A stretch of DNA of 64,000 bases, taken from assembly GCA_963693365.1 (NCBI GenBank), contig CAVNZM010000005.1, positions 8,784,334 to 8,848,333 of the forward strand, read 5' to 3'. How positions within the stretch are numbered: the first letter of the stretch is position 1; each line of letters begins with the position of its first letter. The notes beneath the pieces are model-generated. The model made no database searches, was not told the origin of the DNA, and saw nothing but the letters and a program-made list of their open reading frames with translations. Source of the DNA: Amoebidium appalachense. Taxonomy: Eukaryota > Protista > Ichthyosporea. The position numbers and the translations under genes were made by a program. Below, in pieces: positions 50,203 through 63,992 of the stretch.

Positions 50203-51597
50203 ATGGGACTCAACGCGGGCAAGACCCAGGTCATTATTGTGGCCTTCCTGGCCTTCTCGTGCCCGGGCATGTTCAACGCCATGTCCGGGTTGGGCGGCGC
50301 CGGTAGCACTGACGCCACCACCGCAAACAACTCCAACACGGCCCTCTACGCCTGCTTCGCCATCTTCGGCTACTTCGGTGGCATGATCTTCAACCTGTGC
50401 GGCGACTATGGTAACAAGATTCTGATGGGATGTGGTGGTCTGACCTACGTGCTCTACGCCGTGGGCCAGTACGCTGCCGGTCACGATGCCTCCTTCAACT
50501 GGCTTGCTATTCTCTCCGGTGCCCTGCTCGGTGTGGGTGCCGGTCTGTTCTGGACGGCCCAGGGTGCCATGATGATGGCCTATGCCCCCGAGGAGAAGAA
50601 GGGCAGCTACATCTCCCTCTTCTGGGTCATCTTCAACCTCGGTGGCTGCCTCGGTGGTCTGCTCGTGTTTGCCGTCAACTTCAACTCAGAGGCTGGCGGT
50701 GCATCGGCTGCCACCTACTTCACCTTCGCTGGTATCATGGCCGTTGGCTCCATCTCTGCCTTCTTCCTCCTCGTCAACCCCAAGACCGTCATCCGTGAGG
50801 ATGGTGAGGCCATTGTCTTTGAGAAGGCCACGTCCCCCGCTGAGGAGTTCAAGAACGTCGCGCTCATGTTCTTGGACAAACACATGATCCTGCTTGCCCC
50901 CCTCTTTGCCACCTCCAACTTCTTCTACACCCTTCAGTTAAACGCCGTCAACGGTGCCCTCTTTACCATCCGCGCACGTGGTCTCAACAGCGCTCTCTAC
51001 TGGGCTTCGCAGATGTTCGGTGCCTTCATGTTTGGCCAGCAGTTTCTTGACCGGCCCAACCTCCCCCGTAAGAAGCGTGCCGTGATTGGTGGTGCCATCC
51101 TTGCCGCCGTCTTCACCCTTGCATGGGCCCTCGGCACCTACCTTCAGCTCGGCTGGGAGGGTGGTTTCGATAAGCCCGGCTATGCCTGCGACATCAAGAA
51201 GGGTGCCCCATGCACCCCTGACCTCGCCAGCCGGTCCCGCATCGACATTGGCGACGGCGGCCGCTACTTCTACCCCATCATCTGCTTCCTTCTGTACGGT
51301 ATCTGCGATGCCATGCTGCAGACCTACGCCTACTGGATCATGGGTGCCATCACCAACGACCTGTCCCAGGCCGCCCGCTACACCGGTTTCTACAAGGGTG
51401 TGCAGTCTGGTTTCGGTGCTATTGCCTGGCAGCTGGATAACAACGCAAACTGGAAGGTGCAGCTGTTTGTCAACTGGGGCATGTTCACCCTGGCCATCCC
51501 CTTCTACATGTTTGTCGCTGCCAAGTACGTCCAGAACACTCTGCGCGACGAGGCTGTCACAAGCTCCGTCGAGACCGGAAAGAAGGGCGAGTACTAA
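50203..51597 (+). CDS. UNC-93-like major facilitator superfamily membrane protein, 464 aa, intronless
   Basis: ATG in caccATGG context. Motifs CPGMFNAMSGLG, NTALYACF, GAGLFWTAQGAMMMAY, FWVIFNLG, SNFFY, RARGLNS, YWIMGA, GFYKGVQS; about 12 hydrophobic segments; strong C-ending codon bias. Confidence 0.93.
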   Translation: MGLNAGKTQVIIVAFLAFSCPGMFNAMSGLGGAGSTDATTANNSNTALYACFAIFGYFGGMIFNLCGDYGNKILMGCGGLTYVLYAVGQYAAGHDASFNWLAILSGALLGVGAGLFWTAQGAMMMAYAPEEKKGSYISLFWVIFNLGGCLGGLLVFAVNFNSEAGGASAATYFTFAGIMAVGSISAFFLLVNPKTVIREDGEAIVFEKATSPAEEFKNVALMFLDKHMILLAPLFATSNFFYTLQLNAVNGALFTIRARGLNSALYWASQMFGAFMFGQQFLDRPNLPRKKRAVIGGAILAAVFTLAWALGTYLQLGWEGGFDKPGYACDIKKGAPCTPDLASRSRIDIGDGGRYFYPIICFLLYGICDAMLQTYAYWIMGAITNDLSQAARYTGFYKGVQSGFGAIAWQLDNNANWKVQLFVNWGMFTLAIPFYMFVAAKYVQNTLRDEAVTSSVETGKKGEY

Positions 51598-53119
51598 GCG
51601 TTTTTCGCGAATGCGGGCAGTGGAATTCTGAAATTTCATTTGGCCTACTACTGTTTTTTTTTATTTTTATAAACATTGCAATAGAGGGAGAGTGCGTAAT
51701 AGGAGCTATCCAAGTTGACGAAAGAAGTCATAATTTAGTTAGTAGCAAAAGTTGAAGAATTAATTGTGACGTTCTGTATAATAGTCTAAGAGATGAACGG
51801 CGCGGATGTGCTCGTGCACTTTTAAAATAGAAAGTTGCATGAGATCACTCTCTGTTAGATATATCTTCAAGTGAGCAACAGGCCTGAGGCTAAGCTCACA
51901 AATAACACGGTGTACATGAAATTTTGGGTGATCTGACCATGGCCTAGTTTTTAAAAAGCTGCTGTCTTCCTCTCCCCCTCCCTCCGCTTCCCACCCTCTC
52001 CCTTCCCCCCCGCCCCATCCACCTCTAGTTCGAATTATAGTATTCCCCCCCCCCCCCCCCCCCCCCCTCCTCTCCCCATCTCCCCCCCTGTCTCCCTTCC
52101 TCTCCACCAACCCCAACCCCCCACCCCTTTCCCCCCCTGCAAACCGCCACCCACCCACCGACCCACAAACATCCTAAGTCTTGCATACACGCATCATGTC
52201 TACGCATACATGTACTTATGCATGGGGCCACGCACACAATGTCCGTTGCAACATCTACATGCACACGTGCACACCACACCCACCACCCACCACACGCCAC
52301 ACAATGCGCATAGGCGCACATGCACCGTGGCACCACACACACATGGACACACACACACAAACACGCACACACGCTCCAATCTCACAAATGCACACGCACA
52401 CACAAGCACACATGCTCACCACACACTACACACATATGCATGCAAAAGTACACCCACACTGCGACCACACACACGCGCGTGCATCATACACTCACCACAT
52501 GCCCATGCAAACACAGACACAAACACACACACACACACACACACAAACACACATGTAGACAAATGAGCTCGAGCAAATGCCGCACGCACACACAAGCATA
52601 CACCACGCATCACACACATACACATGCAAAAAACCCCACAGACCACCGGCACACGTGGGAGCTGCACCGGGACCAACACTACACACCACACTTGCACGCG
52701 CACACACCACACACCACACACCAAACACCACGACCACGACACACACACACGCTCACACACGCACACATCACACACGCGCACACAGTGACACGAACACGCA
52801 CGTACACACGTACAACGGTAAATATGGAAGGCAGTACTACATAACTTGAGAGGAACACACAGGTAATCCTAAAGGTCTGCATTTTTTTCTGTCTGTTTAT
52901 TCTGTATTTTTTTGCTGACGTTTCCAATATTAATGCGCTTTCGTGCCGATTGATTGCTCTTCCATTCATACACAGTGATTACGTACAGAGTGCACACAGT
53001 GCACATTCGTGCATATCAACAACATCCCCCCCCCCCTCCCCTCCCCCCCCCCCCCCCTTCCCCCCCCCAAAAAAAAAAGAGTCGACCATGCCAAATACTA
53101 AAGCAAGCTCAACCCCCCC

Positions 53120-53175
<56 letters not shown>

Positions 53176-53313
53176 GCATGCGTATCTTCACGACACATGT
53201 AGCTCAAAAAAAAACAACAGGGAAAGATCAAAAAAAGAAAAAAAAAAAAAAAAATCGATAAATGACTACGATTTATCGTAACCAGTTATCATGACAACCA
53301 AAAAACGCGGTTC

Positions 53314-53512
53314 TTACAAAGCATTCCCCTCCTCTGCACCCACCATTACCACCTGTGTGTCACCCACCCCACCCTCCCCCCTCCCTCTCACCACCTTCTC
53401 ATATTCCTCTGAAGTCAAAAGTCCGTTCAGGACAGTGTCTGCTTCGTGTAGACGTGGATTGACTATGGCAATAAAACCCTCGCCTTCAGGCTGCGCGCAC
53501 GCGTGTGTGTCG

Positions 53513-53544
<32 letters not shown>

Positions 53545-53633
53545 GGTGTGGGGTCGGGGGGGGGGAGGGGTGGAGGGGTGGGGAGGTGTTGTGTGTTTGT
53601 GTGTGCGGGGTGGGGGTGGATGGAGGGGTTGTT

Positions 53634-53698
<65 letters not shown>

Positions 53699-53743
53699 AT
53701 TTTGGGTGGTTGGTTGTGGTTGTAGTGGTGGTGGTGGTGGTGG

Positions 53744-53796
<53 letters not shown>

Positions 53797-54724
53797 GGGG
53801 GGGGGTGGTGGATGAAAGTGTTTGTGTGTGTGTGTGTGTGTGTTGTGTGTGTTAGTGTGTGTGTGTGGAATGTGTGAAGGTGTCCGCGCACGGACACGAG
53901 TGTGGTTTGAGTTCATAATCGATTTATGTGCGCATGCTTTGTGTGTGTATGTGTGTGTGTGTGTGTGTGTGTGGGAGGGGGGGGTGGTGGATGAAAGTGT
54001 TTGTGTGTGTGTGTGTTGTGTGTGTCGTGTGTGTTAGTGTGTGTGTGTGGAATGTGTGAAGGTGTCCGCGCACGGACACGAGTGTGGTTTGAGTTCATAA
54101 TCGATTTATGTGCGCATGCTTTGCGTTCATTTTTCCCCTTTTGCATGCGCAATTGGTGCTTGAACAGAGCCCATCATAAACAAAACATATGTCTCCGTGC
54201 GCAGCAAAACCCGTCTTTTGCTTCAACATCATATAAATCAACCAGTCTTGATGCCAAATTCAACAGGATTCATCGTGCTTGCACTGCCTTTCTGCACCAA
54301 TCGGCGCCCAAAAAAAGTCAGGTGACGTCTTTGGGATGCGATTGGTTGGCAGTTTGACTCTTACCAGTCAACTGCCGCAAACAAACAATTCTCATATAGA
54401 TCCAAGGTGGAATCATGGCCGGCCAATCATATGGCTGCAAAAAGCCGATTGGTGCAGAATGTCGGTGCAAGCAACTGTAGCGGAGCCATCTAAAAATATA
54501 CATGCCATACCAAAACCATATGCGCAATACACACACACACACACAAAAAAAGTGCTCCGGCGCACACAGTGGGAGAGGGGGGGGGGGGGGGGAGGGGCGG
54601 GGGGGAGGGGGGACGGGGGGTCTGTTACCTGCTGGCGAAGCAGGTGGGGTTCTTCAGACAGTCTTTCGTTAACCTCCAACAAGCCACCCCTCACCCCACT
54701 GTACGCCGTGTAGCTAGTGCCTGC

Positions 54725-54755
<31 letters not shown>

Positions 54756-55016
54756 TAAAGAGAAAGAAAAAGTTGGTTTGGTTAAAACCGAAGCTACGGG
54801 ATACCTACACCCACCTCAAAATTCGGCTACCCTCTTGGTTTTGTTTTTTCAATCTCTTGCCATTTCTTTCTTCCCCCCCCCCCTCCCCCCCCCCCCTCCC
54901 CCCCCCCCCCCCCCCCCCCAAACCCACCCACCCACCCACACATCAACGCACCCCCACCCCCACCACCAAAAAGACACACACTAACACCGCTCCCACGCTT
55001 AGTTTGCGTGCGTACA

Positions 55017-55048
<32 letters not shown>

Positions 55049-55057
55049 CGCGCGCGC

Positions 55058-55129
<72 letters not shown>

Positions 55130-55381
55130 ATGTGTGTATGTGTGTGACCTCCAGTGATTGTAAATGGGGGGTAAGGCAGAGGGGAGAAAGACGAGGGGGA
55201 GGGGGGGGGGGGGGGGAGCAGACACCCAGCAGTACCCTCTCCCTTAGTATGTTCGTGCCTGGGTATGTGGATGCGGTTGTAGTGGCGGTGGTAGGTGTGG
55301 AGATGGGGGGTGAGGGGAGGGGGGAGGGGGAGAGAGGTGGGGGGGGGAGACATAGGGAGAAAGAGAGAGAGGGACCGGGGG

Positions 55382-55412
<31 letters not shown>

Positions 55413-57524
55413 AGAAAGGGGGGGGGGGGGGAATACCGTCTGAGCAACTGATAATACATAGGGGAGAATCCGGCTGTAGCCATTGTGCCCCCTAAGCAGA
55501 AAAAAAAAATAAAAGAAAGGGGGAAAAAAGATGTTAGTATACATGATGCAGAGTAGGAAAATGGTGTGCATACGGTAAACATGCGCTTGTGTCTTCGGGT
55601 TGTTGGCCTGGGCACTTACGTAGTGTTCGAGTATGTCTCGTACATGTGCCTCTATGAAATAGTTTTGTTTGAGAGCATGCGAATGTGTGGTTGCTCTGCG
55701 TTGCATTTGTGACTGGACATCTTGTGCCTGAACTTATTTGTTGAATGGACATGGGCTATACTGAATGCACATGGGTCTATGTTGGATGCACATGCCATGG
55801 TTGTCTGGTGAAGTTGCCAACAAATATTCCTACTTCTTTTATTGTTTTACAAAAACTCTCCCCCTATTCTCTAACGACATATATGTGTGCATGAATAAGC
55901 GTGTGCAAAATTCGGGAAGGGTAGAAAGGGGGAGGCGGCGGGATGGGGGGGGGGGGGGGGGGGGAGAATGGCAAGAGCCCCGGGTTGAGGGGAGGGAGGG
56001 GGGGGGGGGGGGGGGGGGCTAAGGAGACAGACAGAGAGAGAGAGAGTGAGAAGAAGAAAGAGGGAGGCCGGGAGAGGAGTGAGGGTGGGAGAGAAAGGGG
56101 GGGGGGGGGGGGGGGAATGGGGGAGGCAGAGAGTGGGGGCGGAGGTAAAGAGGGAGAGTGAGAACGAAAGGGACAGGGGGGGGGGGAGAGAGGGAGGGAG
56201 AGGGAGATGGGAGCTAAAGGGGGGGGGGGGGGGGGAAGGGGGGGAAGGGACGCAGGGAGGGGAAGAGAGAGAGAGAGAGAGAGGTAGAGAGAGAGAGAGT
56301 ACCTTTTTCCCCTTTCCAGACACCTTATTTGCCAACCTGTCCGTGCCCTTCTTTCCAACATTGAAAGACACCCCTGTGATCTCTTTGCCCTCAGCAAGCG
56401 CAATGTGGTGAGGTGAGAGTCCGGAAACACATAACCTGCATGGGAGAAAAGTTTTTAGATGGCATGCACACATCACACATAAACACAAACATGTATACAT
56501 ATACACAATCACACAATCACACACACAGAACAAACACACAACACATGCACACATGCACACACACACACACGCCCGCACGCCCGCCCGCACGCACGCATGC
56601 ACGCATGCACGCACACGTGCGCACGCACACCCACCCATACCCACACACACACACCCTCACCCCCACCCACACCCCCGCCCACACCCACCCACCCACCCAC
56701 CCACCCGCCCACACACACACACACGCACACACCCACACACACCTGTTGCTGTGCTGGAATACGTATTGGTCCTGGCCGGGTTTACCGTTTGCATCTGCAC
56801 CGCAGAGGGAAAGAATTAAAGTCAGAAACAAACGACACAAGACACACTCTGAAGATCTTAGGTACAGCAAAAAACCATCAGCAACTTTTTCCACTCTTAC
56901 TATTTTTAACGGCATACATGATTTCACAATCCCCCCCCCCCCCCCCCTCCTTATCCCCCCCCCCCCCCCCCCCCCTCCTTTCTCTAAAAAAAAAAAGGAA
57001 AAAAAAAAAAGAGGAAAGAAAGAAACAGAAAAGAGGAAACCCTACATATCTTCCCCGCCCCCTCCCCCCCCCCCCCCCCCCTCCCCCCTCAGGCCCGCCT
57101 TCCTGTTGCTTGGTCTTGGAGGAGAAAGGCAAGGGGTTGACTTCTGCATAAACAGGAACCAGAACACAACCCACAAGTATGCTGGGTGGTAAAAGACAAA
57201 CAGAGGTCATAAGTGCCCCCCCCCCCCCCCCCCCCCCCCCCTCCCCCCGGTGCTCCCCCCTCCACAACCACTCACCCACCCATGCAAAACAAAACCAAAC
57301 AAAACAAAAAAAAAAATCCTTCTGGCCCTACTCCTTCTCCCCCCCCCCCCCCCCCCTCCCCCCTTCCCCAGCTGCACAGCAAAACACTCCGTCCCTTCCC
57401 ATGGGAAAAGAACTCCGAAAGTTTGGAGGGAAAGGAGAGGGAGGGAAGAGGGGGGGGAGAGAGAGAGATAGGGGCGGGGAGGGAGGGAGGGAGGGAGGGA
57501 GGGAGGGAGGGAAGGAGGGGGGGG

Positions 57525-57602
<78 letters not shown>

Positions 57603-57626
57603 AGGGAGAGAGAGGGAGGGAGGGGG

Positions 57627-57700
<74 letters not shown>

Positions 57701-58006
57701 AAGAGGGAGAGAGAGAGAGAGAGAGATAGAGAAGAAAGAGAAAGGAGGGGGGGGGGGAGAGAGAGAGGGACAGAGAGGGAGAGAGAGCTGAAGCGAGAGA
57801 GAGAGCTAGAAAGAAGTCACAACTATAGCTCCGCAAGGCTTTGTGCCTTCGCTTTCTCTCCGCCAACAATCCTACCCCCCCCCCCCCCCCCCCCCCCCCC
57901 TCTCCTCTCCCTCCCCTTTCCCTCCTCCAGTGCCGGCGCCATCCATACCAGGCAGGTAGCGTTGAGTGAAGTAACGCTGCACGGGGGGAATGGGTTCGGT
58001 AGCCAT
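53314..58006 (-). CDS. ABITRAM: Abitram/Simiate (FAM206A) homologue, 188 aa
   Basis: Exons 58006-57949, 56794-56743, 56435-56303, 55491-55437, 54720-54629, 53490-53314; phases are compatible. Translation [83 protein letters not shown] matches the family motifs. Confidence 0.9.
53790..54123. repeat. ~180-bp intronic tandem duplication
   Basis: ggtggatgaaagtg...ggtgtccgcgcacggacacgagtgtggtttgagttcataatcgatttatgtgcgcatgctttg occurs twice. Confidence 0.88.
57527..57800. repeat. (GA)n microsatellite / purine-rich tract
   Basis: Long gagaga arrays in Abitram intron 1. Confidence 0.9.
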
Positions 58007-58648
58007 GACGTCTGGCAGGGTGTCTTACAAAGACAGTATGAGGTCCACTTTTTATAGAAGAAGCCTGTAGTTCTGTTGGTAATTCTTAAGCCTGCGTGTT
58101 TATCCAAGAGAATGAAGCGAGTGTCCTCAACAGGTGCTGCGCGAAGTACTACAGTGGTTGCAGCAACCCGTTCATTTCGAGTTCAAATAGTCTGAAGCAC
58201 TCTCTGCGTTTCTCTGACAAAGACACGAAAGTAGCTGAGTCCTTAGGCGATTAAATTGCGTCATCTGGTGCCAAATGGTGCGTGTCAGACTACACCTTTG
58301 TGGCACGAACACGAGTGTACACGTGCGCATGCGCTTTTTTACGCCTATTATTTGTAGCGGTGGTAAATTTGAAAGAAACAAGAGAAGAGGGAATCGATTA
58401 AATTTTATAGCAAAGGTGTTGTCAAAACGAAGGAAAGGAAAAAGGAATAGAACGTAAATAACCGTTAGGTTGTTTTATTTTCATGTTTGCGTTCTAGTTG
58501 TTCAGACCAACCCTGTACAGGATCAGTGACAACCAAGCATGCCATTTCATTAGTTTTTTCCCCTGTATTTTCTTCTTGTCCTAGCTGAATAAAAAGGACA
58601 AACGAGAGGAGGCGCAGATATTACGTAAAACTTTGATATTCCGCGAGA
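58007..58648. promoter_or_regulatory. Bidirectional promoter region between ABITRAM and DDX49
   Basis: Divergent start codons are separated by 642 bp of unique, microsatellite-free sequence. Confidence 0.55.
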
Positions 58649-59273
58649 ATGAAGCTATTCTCGTTTGCTGGCGAGGTGGATGAGGAGGGGAAAGTGGTGT
58701 TTGATGATGTCGTTGTTGAGAATGACGGGGACAAGGGAGATGTGGCGGGGAAGGAAGGAAAAGAGACAAAGGGGAAGAGTAGCATGAAAGGGAGCCAAAA
58801 GCAGATTGACAAGCCTAAGAATAAGGAGGTCACAGCGCAAGCAAAGACAAGCAAGAAGGCCGACAAGAACAAAAACGAAACTGTGTCAAGCAAAACAACA
58901 GAGAATGTGAAAAGCCAAGCTGCCGCTAAGGATGTTGCAACAAAAGTGACCAAAGCGAGTGCAAACACCAAAAAGCAAGCCAAACCAACCAAACAAAAGC
59001 AACCTCTGGAAAGCGAATCAGAAAACCTCGATGACAAAGATGAAAGTGACGAGGGAGAGGAAGAGGTGGAGGAAGAGGGGGAGGGGGAGGGGGAGGACAC
59101 GGATGGGTTGACGGGAAGGGCGGCTACGTTTGAGGAGTTGGGCCTTAGCAAGTGGTTGCAGGCACAGTGCAGGGAAATGGGCTGTGTCAGGCCCACGGAG
59201 ATACAAACGGCATGCATTCCGCGGATTCTCAAAGGTGTGGGTGTGTTTGGGGGTGGGGGGGGTGTCTGTGTCT

Positions 59274-59351
<78 letters not shown>

Positions 59352-59694
59352 GCGTGTGCGCGCGCGTGTGTGTGTGCGCTTTTGTGTAGGCGGGTGGGTG
59401 GGTGGTTGGGTGGGTGGGTGGGTGGGGTGTTTGTGTGTGTGAGGGTGTGTGTGTGTGTGTGTGTGTGCGTGTGTGTGTATGTTTGTCTGTGTGCCCGTGT
59501 GTGGGTGAGTGCTTGTGGGTGGATGTCCTTGCACGTGTTTGTATGATGTGTGTGTGTGTGTGTGTGTTTCCTGGTTCATTTCTCTTGAGCTCTACCCCCT
59601 TTTGGAGTATGTACGAGTGTGTGTATGTGTGTGGTAGTGGTGGTGGTGATGGTTGTGTTTCCTCAGGCGTGCATGCGTGGCTGTGTGTGTGTGT

Positions 59695-59731
<37 letters not shown>

Positions 59732-60009
59732 GCATACATGCCACTGCATTGTTATGCATTTATGTTATATGCGTCTTAAAGCCCTCTTTCTTCCTTCAAC
59801 CTCCCCCACCACATGCAAGAGAAAGAAAAAGGTCTGTGTGTGCGGTTTTTTTTTTTGGTGGGGGGGGTGGGGAGGGATGAGGGGGGTAGGTTAACCTTCC
59901 TAGAGTGGATGGGTTTGCTCAGGGGAATTGTACGCTTATGGGATTGGAGGTATGTGTGCTCGCCGTGTAGTTTTTGTCTGTGTGTGTGTGTTTGGTTGTG
60001 ATGGTGGTG

Positions 60010-60044
<35 letters not shown>

Positions 60045-60157
60045 GGGGGGCGGGGGGGGGTTCGTTTTCAGCCTTGTTGTTCTCAACATGTCCTCTGTGA
60101 AAGTTATCTTCAAAATGTTATCGAAATGAGATTTAAATCAGTGTTACTCTGCTCTAC

Positions 60158-60193
<36 letters not shown>

Positions 60194-61002
60194 TTGTTCT
60201 TGTATACTTCGTACTTTATGACGCATTCAACCCCCCTCCCCCCCCCCCCCCCCCCCCCCCCCGCCGCCCCCGGTTATCACCAGCACCACGAACCCCTTCT
60301 TTCCCCTCCATCTGCTTCCTCTCCCATGACCCCCCCACCGCCAACCCCTACTCTACTATTGACAAAAACACCCGCCGTCACCCCCCTTCCCCCCCCCCCT
60401 CCCCCCCCCCCCCTCCCCCTGCCACCCTCCTCATCATGATCATCGGTCTCCCCCCCTCCCCCTCCCCCCCCCCCCCCCCCCCCCACCTTCCCCTCCAGTC
60501 AGTCTTGTCCATGATCACCTTCATCCATTTTGCCCCCCCCCCCCCCCTCCCCCCTCCCCCGCTCCCCACTGAATGACATGGGCCCTCCCTGAGGATGGGC
60601 TCTGCTTATTATGCATACTATTTATGTATGGTTTGCATTCCGCATCGTGTTATCCGTTGTTCTTGTGTACTTCGTACTTTATGAGGCATTTAAACCCCCC
60701 CCCCCCCCCCCTTCCTTGTTGGTGAGATCTGTTGGAGCAACCATACCTGCTCGTTTCTTACAACTTTTGTATTATCGTGTCAATGCTTTTTGTTGTGTTC
60801 TACTTTTCGAGTTTGCTTTCTTTTTTCTGCCCCCTGCATGCTAATACATACATCACACCTAACTGCCCCCAATCCTTCCCTCCCCCTCCCCCTCCCCTCC
60901 TCCTCCTCCCCCCCCCCCCCCCTTCTCCCCCCCCCCCCCCACACACACACCCCTCCCCTCCCCCCGCCTCCACACACACACACACAAACCGTCCCCTCCC
61001 CC

Positions 61003-61033
<31 letters not shown>

Positions 61034-61398
61034 GAATATCCCTCCCACCCCCCCCCACACACACACACACATACACACACACACACGTACACACACACGT
61101 ACAGGGGAGGACTGTATCGGCGCGGCCAAGACAGGCAGTGGCAAGACTGCGGCCTTTGCTCTGCCCATGCTGCAGGTGCTGTCTAAAGATCCCTACGGTG
61201 TGTTTGCACTCGTGCTGACCCCTACAAGGTAATAGATGTGTGGGTGGAGAAAGAGGGGAAAGAATACATGTGTGTGTTTGTGTGTGTTTTGGGGGGCGAG
61301 TGGGTGGACGGGTGTGTGTGTGGGTGTGGGTGCGTGTGTGTGGGGGGTGTGTATGTGGGTGTGCGTGTTGTGCAGTAAAAGGAGAAAAGGTAAAGGAG

Positions 61399-61477
<79 letters not shown>

Positions 61478-61537
61478 GGATTGTAAAGACGTGTACTCGA
61501 TAGCCACATCAAGATGTTAACCCCCCCCCCCCCCCCC

Positions 61538-61571
<34 letters not shown>

Positions 61572-61839
61572 CCCCCCCCCCCCCCTTACTCCCCCCTCCC
61601 TGTTTTCTCCCCTCTTCTTCTCTCTTCGTCTTAGGTACCCATACCCTCTTATTCTCCCCCCTCTCCCCCCTCCCCCTCCCCCGGCCCCTCACCCACACCT
61701 CCTTTTCACCTAGTACGCAGGCTCGCCCCCCCCCCTCTCCCTTTCTTCCCCCTCCTCCTCCTCCCCCCCTCCTGAGCACTCATCCCCCCCTCCCCCCACT
61801 CCCCCCCCCCCCCACACACACACACGTACACACGCGCGT

Positions 61840-61923
<84 letters not shown>

Positions 61924-62040
61924 CCACCAGGGAGCTTGCGTTCCAGATAGCAGAGCAGTTTCAGGCCTTTGGCCAACCACTCAACCTAAAGGTCTGCGTC
62001 GTTGTTGGTGGCCTGGGTACGTGTCCTCTCCTCCCCCCCC

Positions 62041-62076
<36 letters not shown>

Positions 62077-62662
62077 CTTCCCCCCCCATCTCTTCTCCTC
62101 TCTCTCCCTCTCGCCCTCGCCCTCTCCCTCTCTTTGTCTGTCCCTTCCTCCCTCCCTCTCCCCTTCCATCCCTTGCTCCCGTCGTCGGTTCCTCCCTCCT
62201 ATTCCCCCTCCCCCCTTCCCCCGGGGCCTTCCCCCGCCGTTGTGAGACAGAGATGGGTAGAGAGTAACATTAGACAGGCAGAAAGGACTCACCCCCCCCC
62301 CCACCCCCCCCCCCCTCCCCCCCTCACATTGCGTTGTCGGTCGTGATTGCGGGCTTTGTGCTCGAAGACATTCTAACCCGCCCCCTTCCCCTCCTTCACC
62401 GGCACCGCTTTCTCTCCCTCCCTCCCTCTCCCCCCTTTTCCCTCTCTCCCCCCCTCCCCCCCCCCTCCCCTCTTTCACCCAAAAAAACACGTTCGTGCAC
62501 ACGTGCACACACACACACAAACACACACACCCCTCCCTCCCTTCCCCCCCCCCCCCCCCCCCCCGCCGCCCCCCCGGCCCCCCACATACACACACCCACA
62601 CACCCACACGCGCACACGCACTACACACAAGTACCCCCCCCCCCCTCCCCCACCACATGCAC

Positions 62663-62693
<31 letters not shown>

Positions 62694-63078
62694 TACACAC
62701 ACACACATGTACACACACACACACTCACACACACTCACTTACACACACACACACACGTACACACGTACACACGTACACACGTACACACACACGCACACGT
62801 ACACACAAACGTACACACACACGCACACACAGACATGATGAAGCAGTCAGTGGAGCTGTCCAAGAGGCCACATATTGTCGTGGCCACACCGGGCCGACTT
62901 GCCGATCACCTCAACAGCACCGCAAACATTTCCTTCAAGAGAATAAAGTTCCTGGTATACACGATTCTCTCCATCCCCCCCCCCCCCCCCCCCCCCCTCT
63001 GCCCTCCCCCCCAACCTCCGCGCCAACCTTCGTATACAGATATGAGGTTAGGGAGTTAAAACTCAGATCCGGTTAATG

Positions 63079-63117
<39 letters not shown>

Positions 63118-63992
63118 CCTCCCCTCACTCCACCCCCTCCTCCCTTGCCCCCTCTCCGGGGAGGGCCCACTTTGATGGTGGGGTTATATTGGACGGTTCA
63201 TGTTGCTCATGTTGCATACTACCTACATATTTGCTTATTGCTCTCTCTGCTTGCTCCCTGCAGCAGCGAACGTAGATAAAGCAATGCGGAAGTTAAAGCA
63301 ACCACAGCTTCTTCCATTTTAGCATCTGGGCGCTGACCACCCGAGAGCCACATTTCTGAAATGCGTCTCACCAATCAAGAGATTCAATCCAATTGTGTCA
63401 CATGCCGATGTCGACATTCGACAGAGCCAGCTTCTTCGTTCCCTTTTCAGCCCGGCGGCTACATGGCGTCATGGAATTTGTGCACAGCATGACGTCACCA
63501 ATGTGGCCCCCCTCCCAGACACTAAAATGGAAGTAGCGGTGGTTGCTTGAAAGTAGAGGGGAAGTTACTCTCCCGACACACCCAACCACTATCAAGCTCG
63601 ATACCCTACCCAAGTCGTTACCACTTCTCCCTCCCCCCCCCCCCCCCCCCCCCTCCCCCCCTCCCCCCGCCCACCGCCCTCCCTCCCTCCCTCCCTGCTT
63701 ATCATGCATACCCTTTATGTGTGGTTTGCACTCTGGATTGTGTTGTCCGTTTCGTATGTGTACTTCGTACTCTATAACACACTCTAATCCCCCCCCCCCC
63801 CCCCCCACCCCTCCCCGTTTTCAGGTTCTTGACGAAGCAGACCGGATGCTTTCGGACACGTTCAGTGAAGACCTAACGACCATCCTTGGTGCCGTGCCCA
63901 GCAAGAGGCAGACATTGTTGTTTAGTGCCACAATGACCAATAGCATCGACGATTTAAAACGCATGAGCATGAGCACACCATTTGTCTACGAG
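58649..63992 (+). CDS. DDX49: DEAD-box RNA helicase DDX49/Dbp8 (5' partial; continues beyond window)
   Basis: Exons 58649-59234, 61105-61228, 61931-62016, 62833-62954, 63825-63992. Q motif [15 protein letters not shown]; AKTGSGKT; [24 protein letters not shown]; ATPGRLADH; LDEADRML; FSAT. Charged N-terminal extension of ~155 aa. Confidence 0.92.
60193..60230 (+). mobile_element. Very short 3'-terminal copy of the poly(C)-terminated repeat family
   Basis: gttgttcttgtatacttcgtactttatgacgcattcaaCCCCCC, between C tracts. Confidence 0.6.
60571..60694 (+). mobile_element. ~125-bp copy of the poly(C)-terminated repeat family
   Basis: ccctgaggatgggctctgcttattatgcatac...cttgtgtacttcgtactttatgaggcatttaaaCCCC is highly similar to the reverse complement of 9431-9550. 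Confidence 0.7.
63696..63788 (+). mobile_element. ~90-bp diverged copy of the poly(C)-terminated repeat family
   Basis: tgcttatcatgcataccctttatgtgtggtttgca...tgtgtacttcgtactctataacacactctaatCCCC; it sits just upstream of the DDX49 exon 5 acceptor. Confidence 0.6.
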
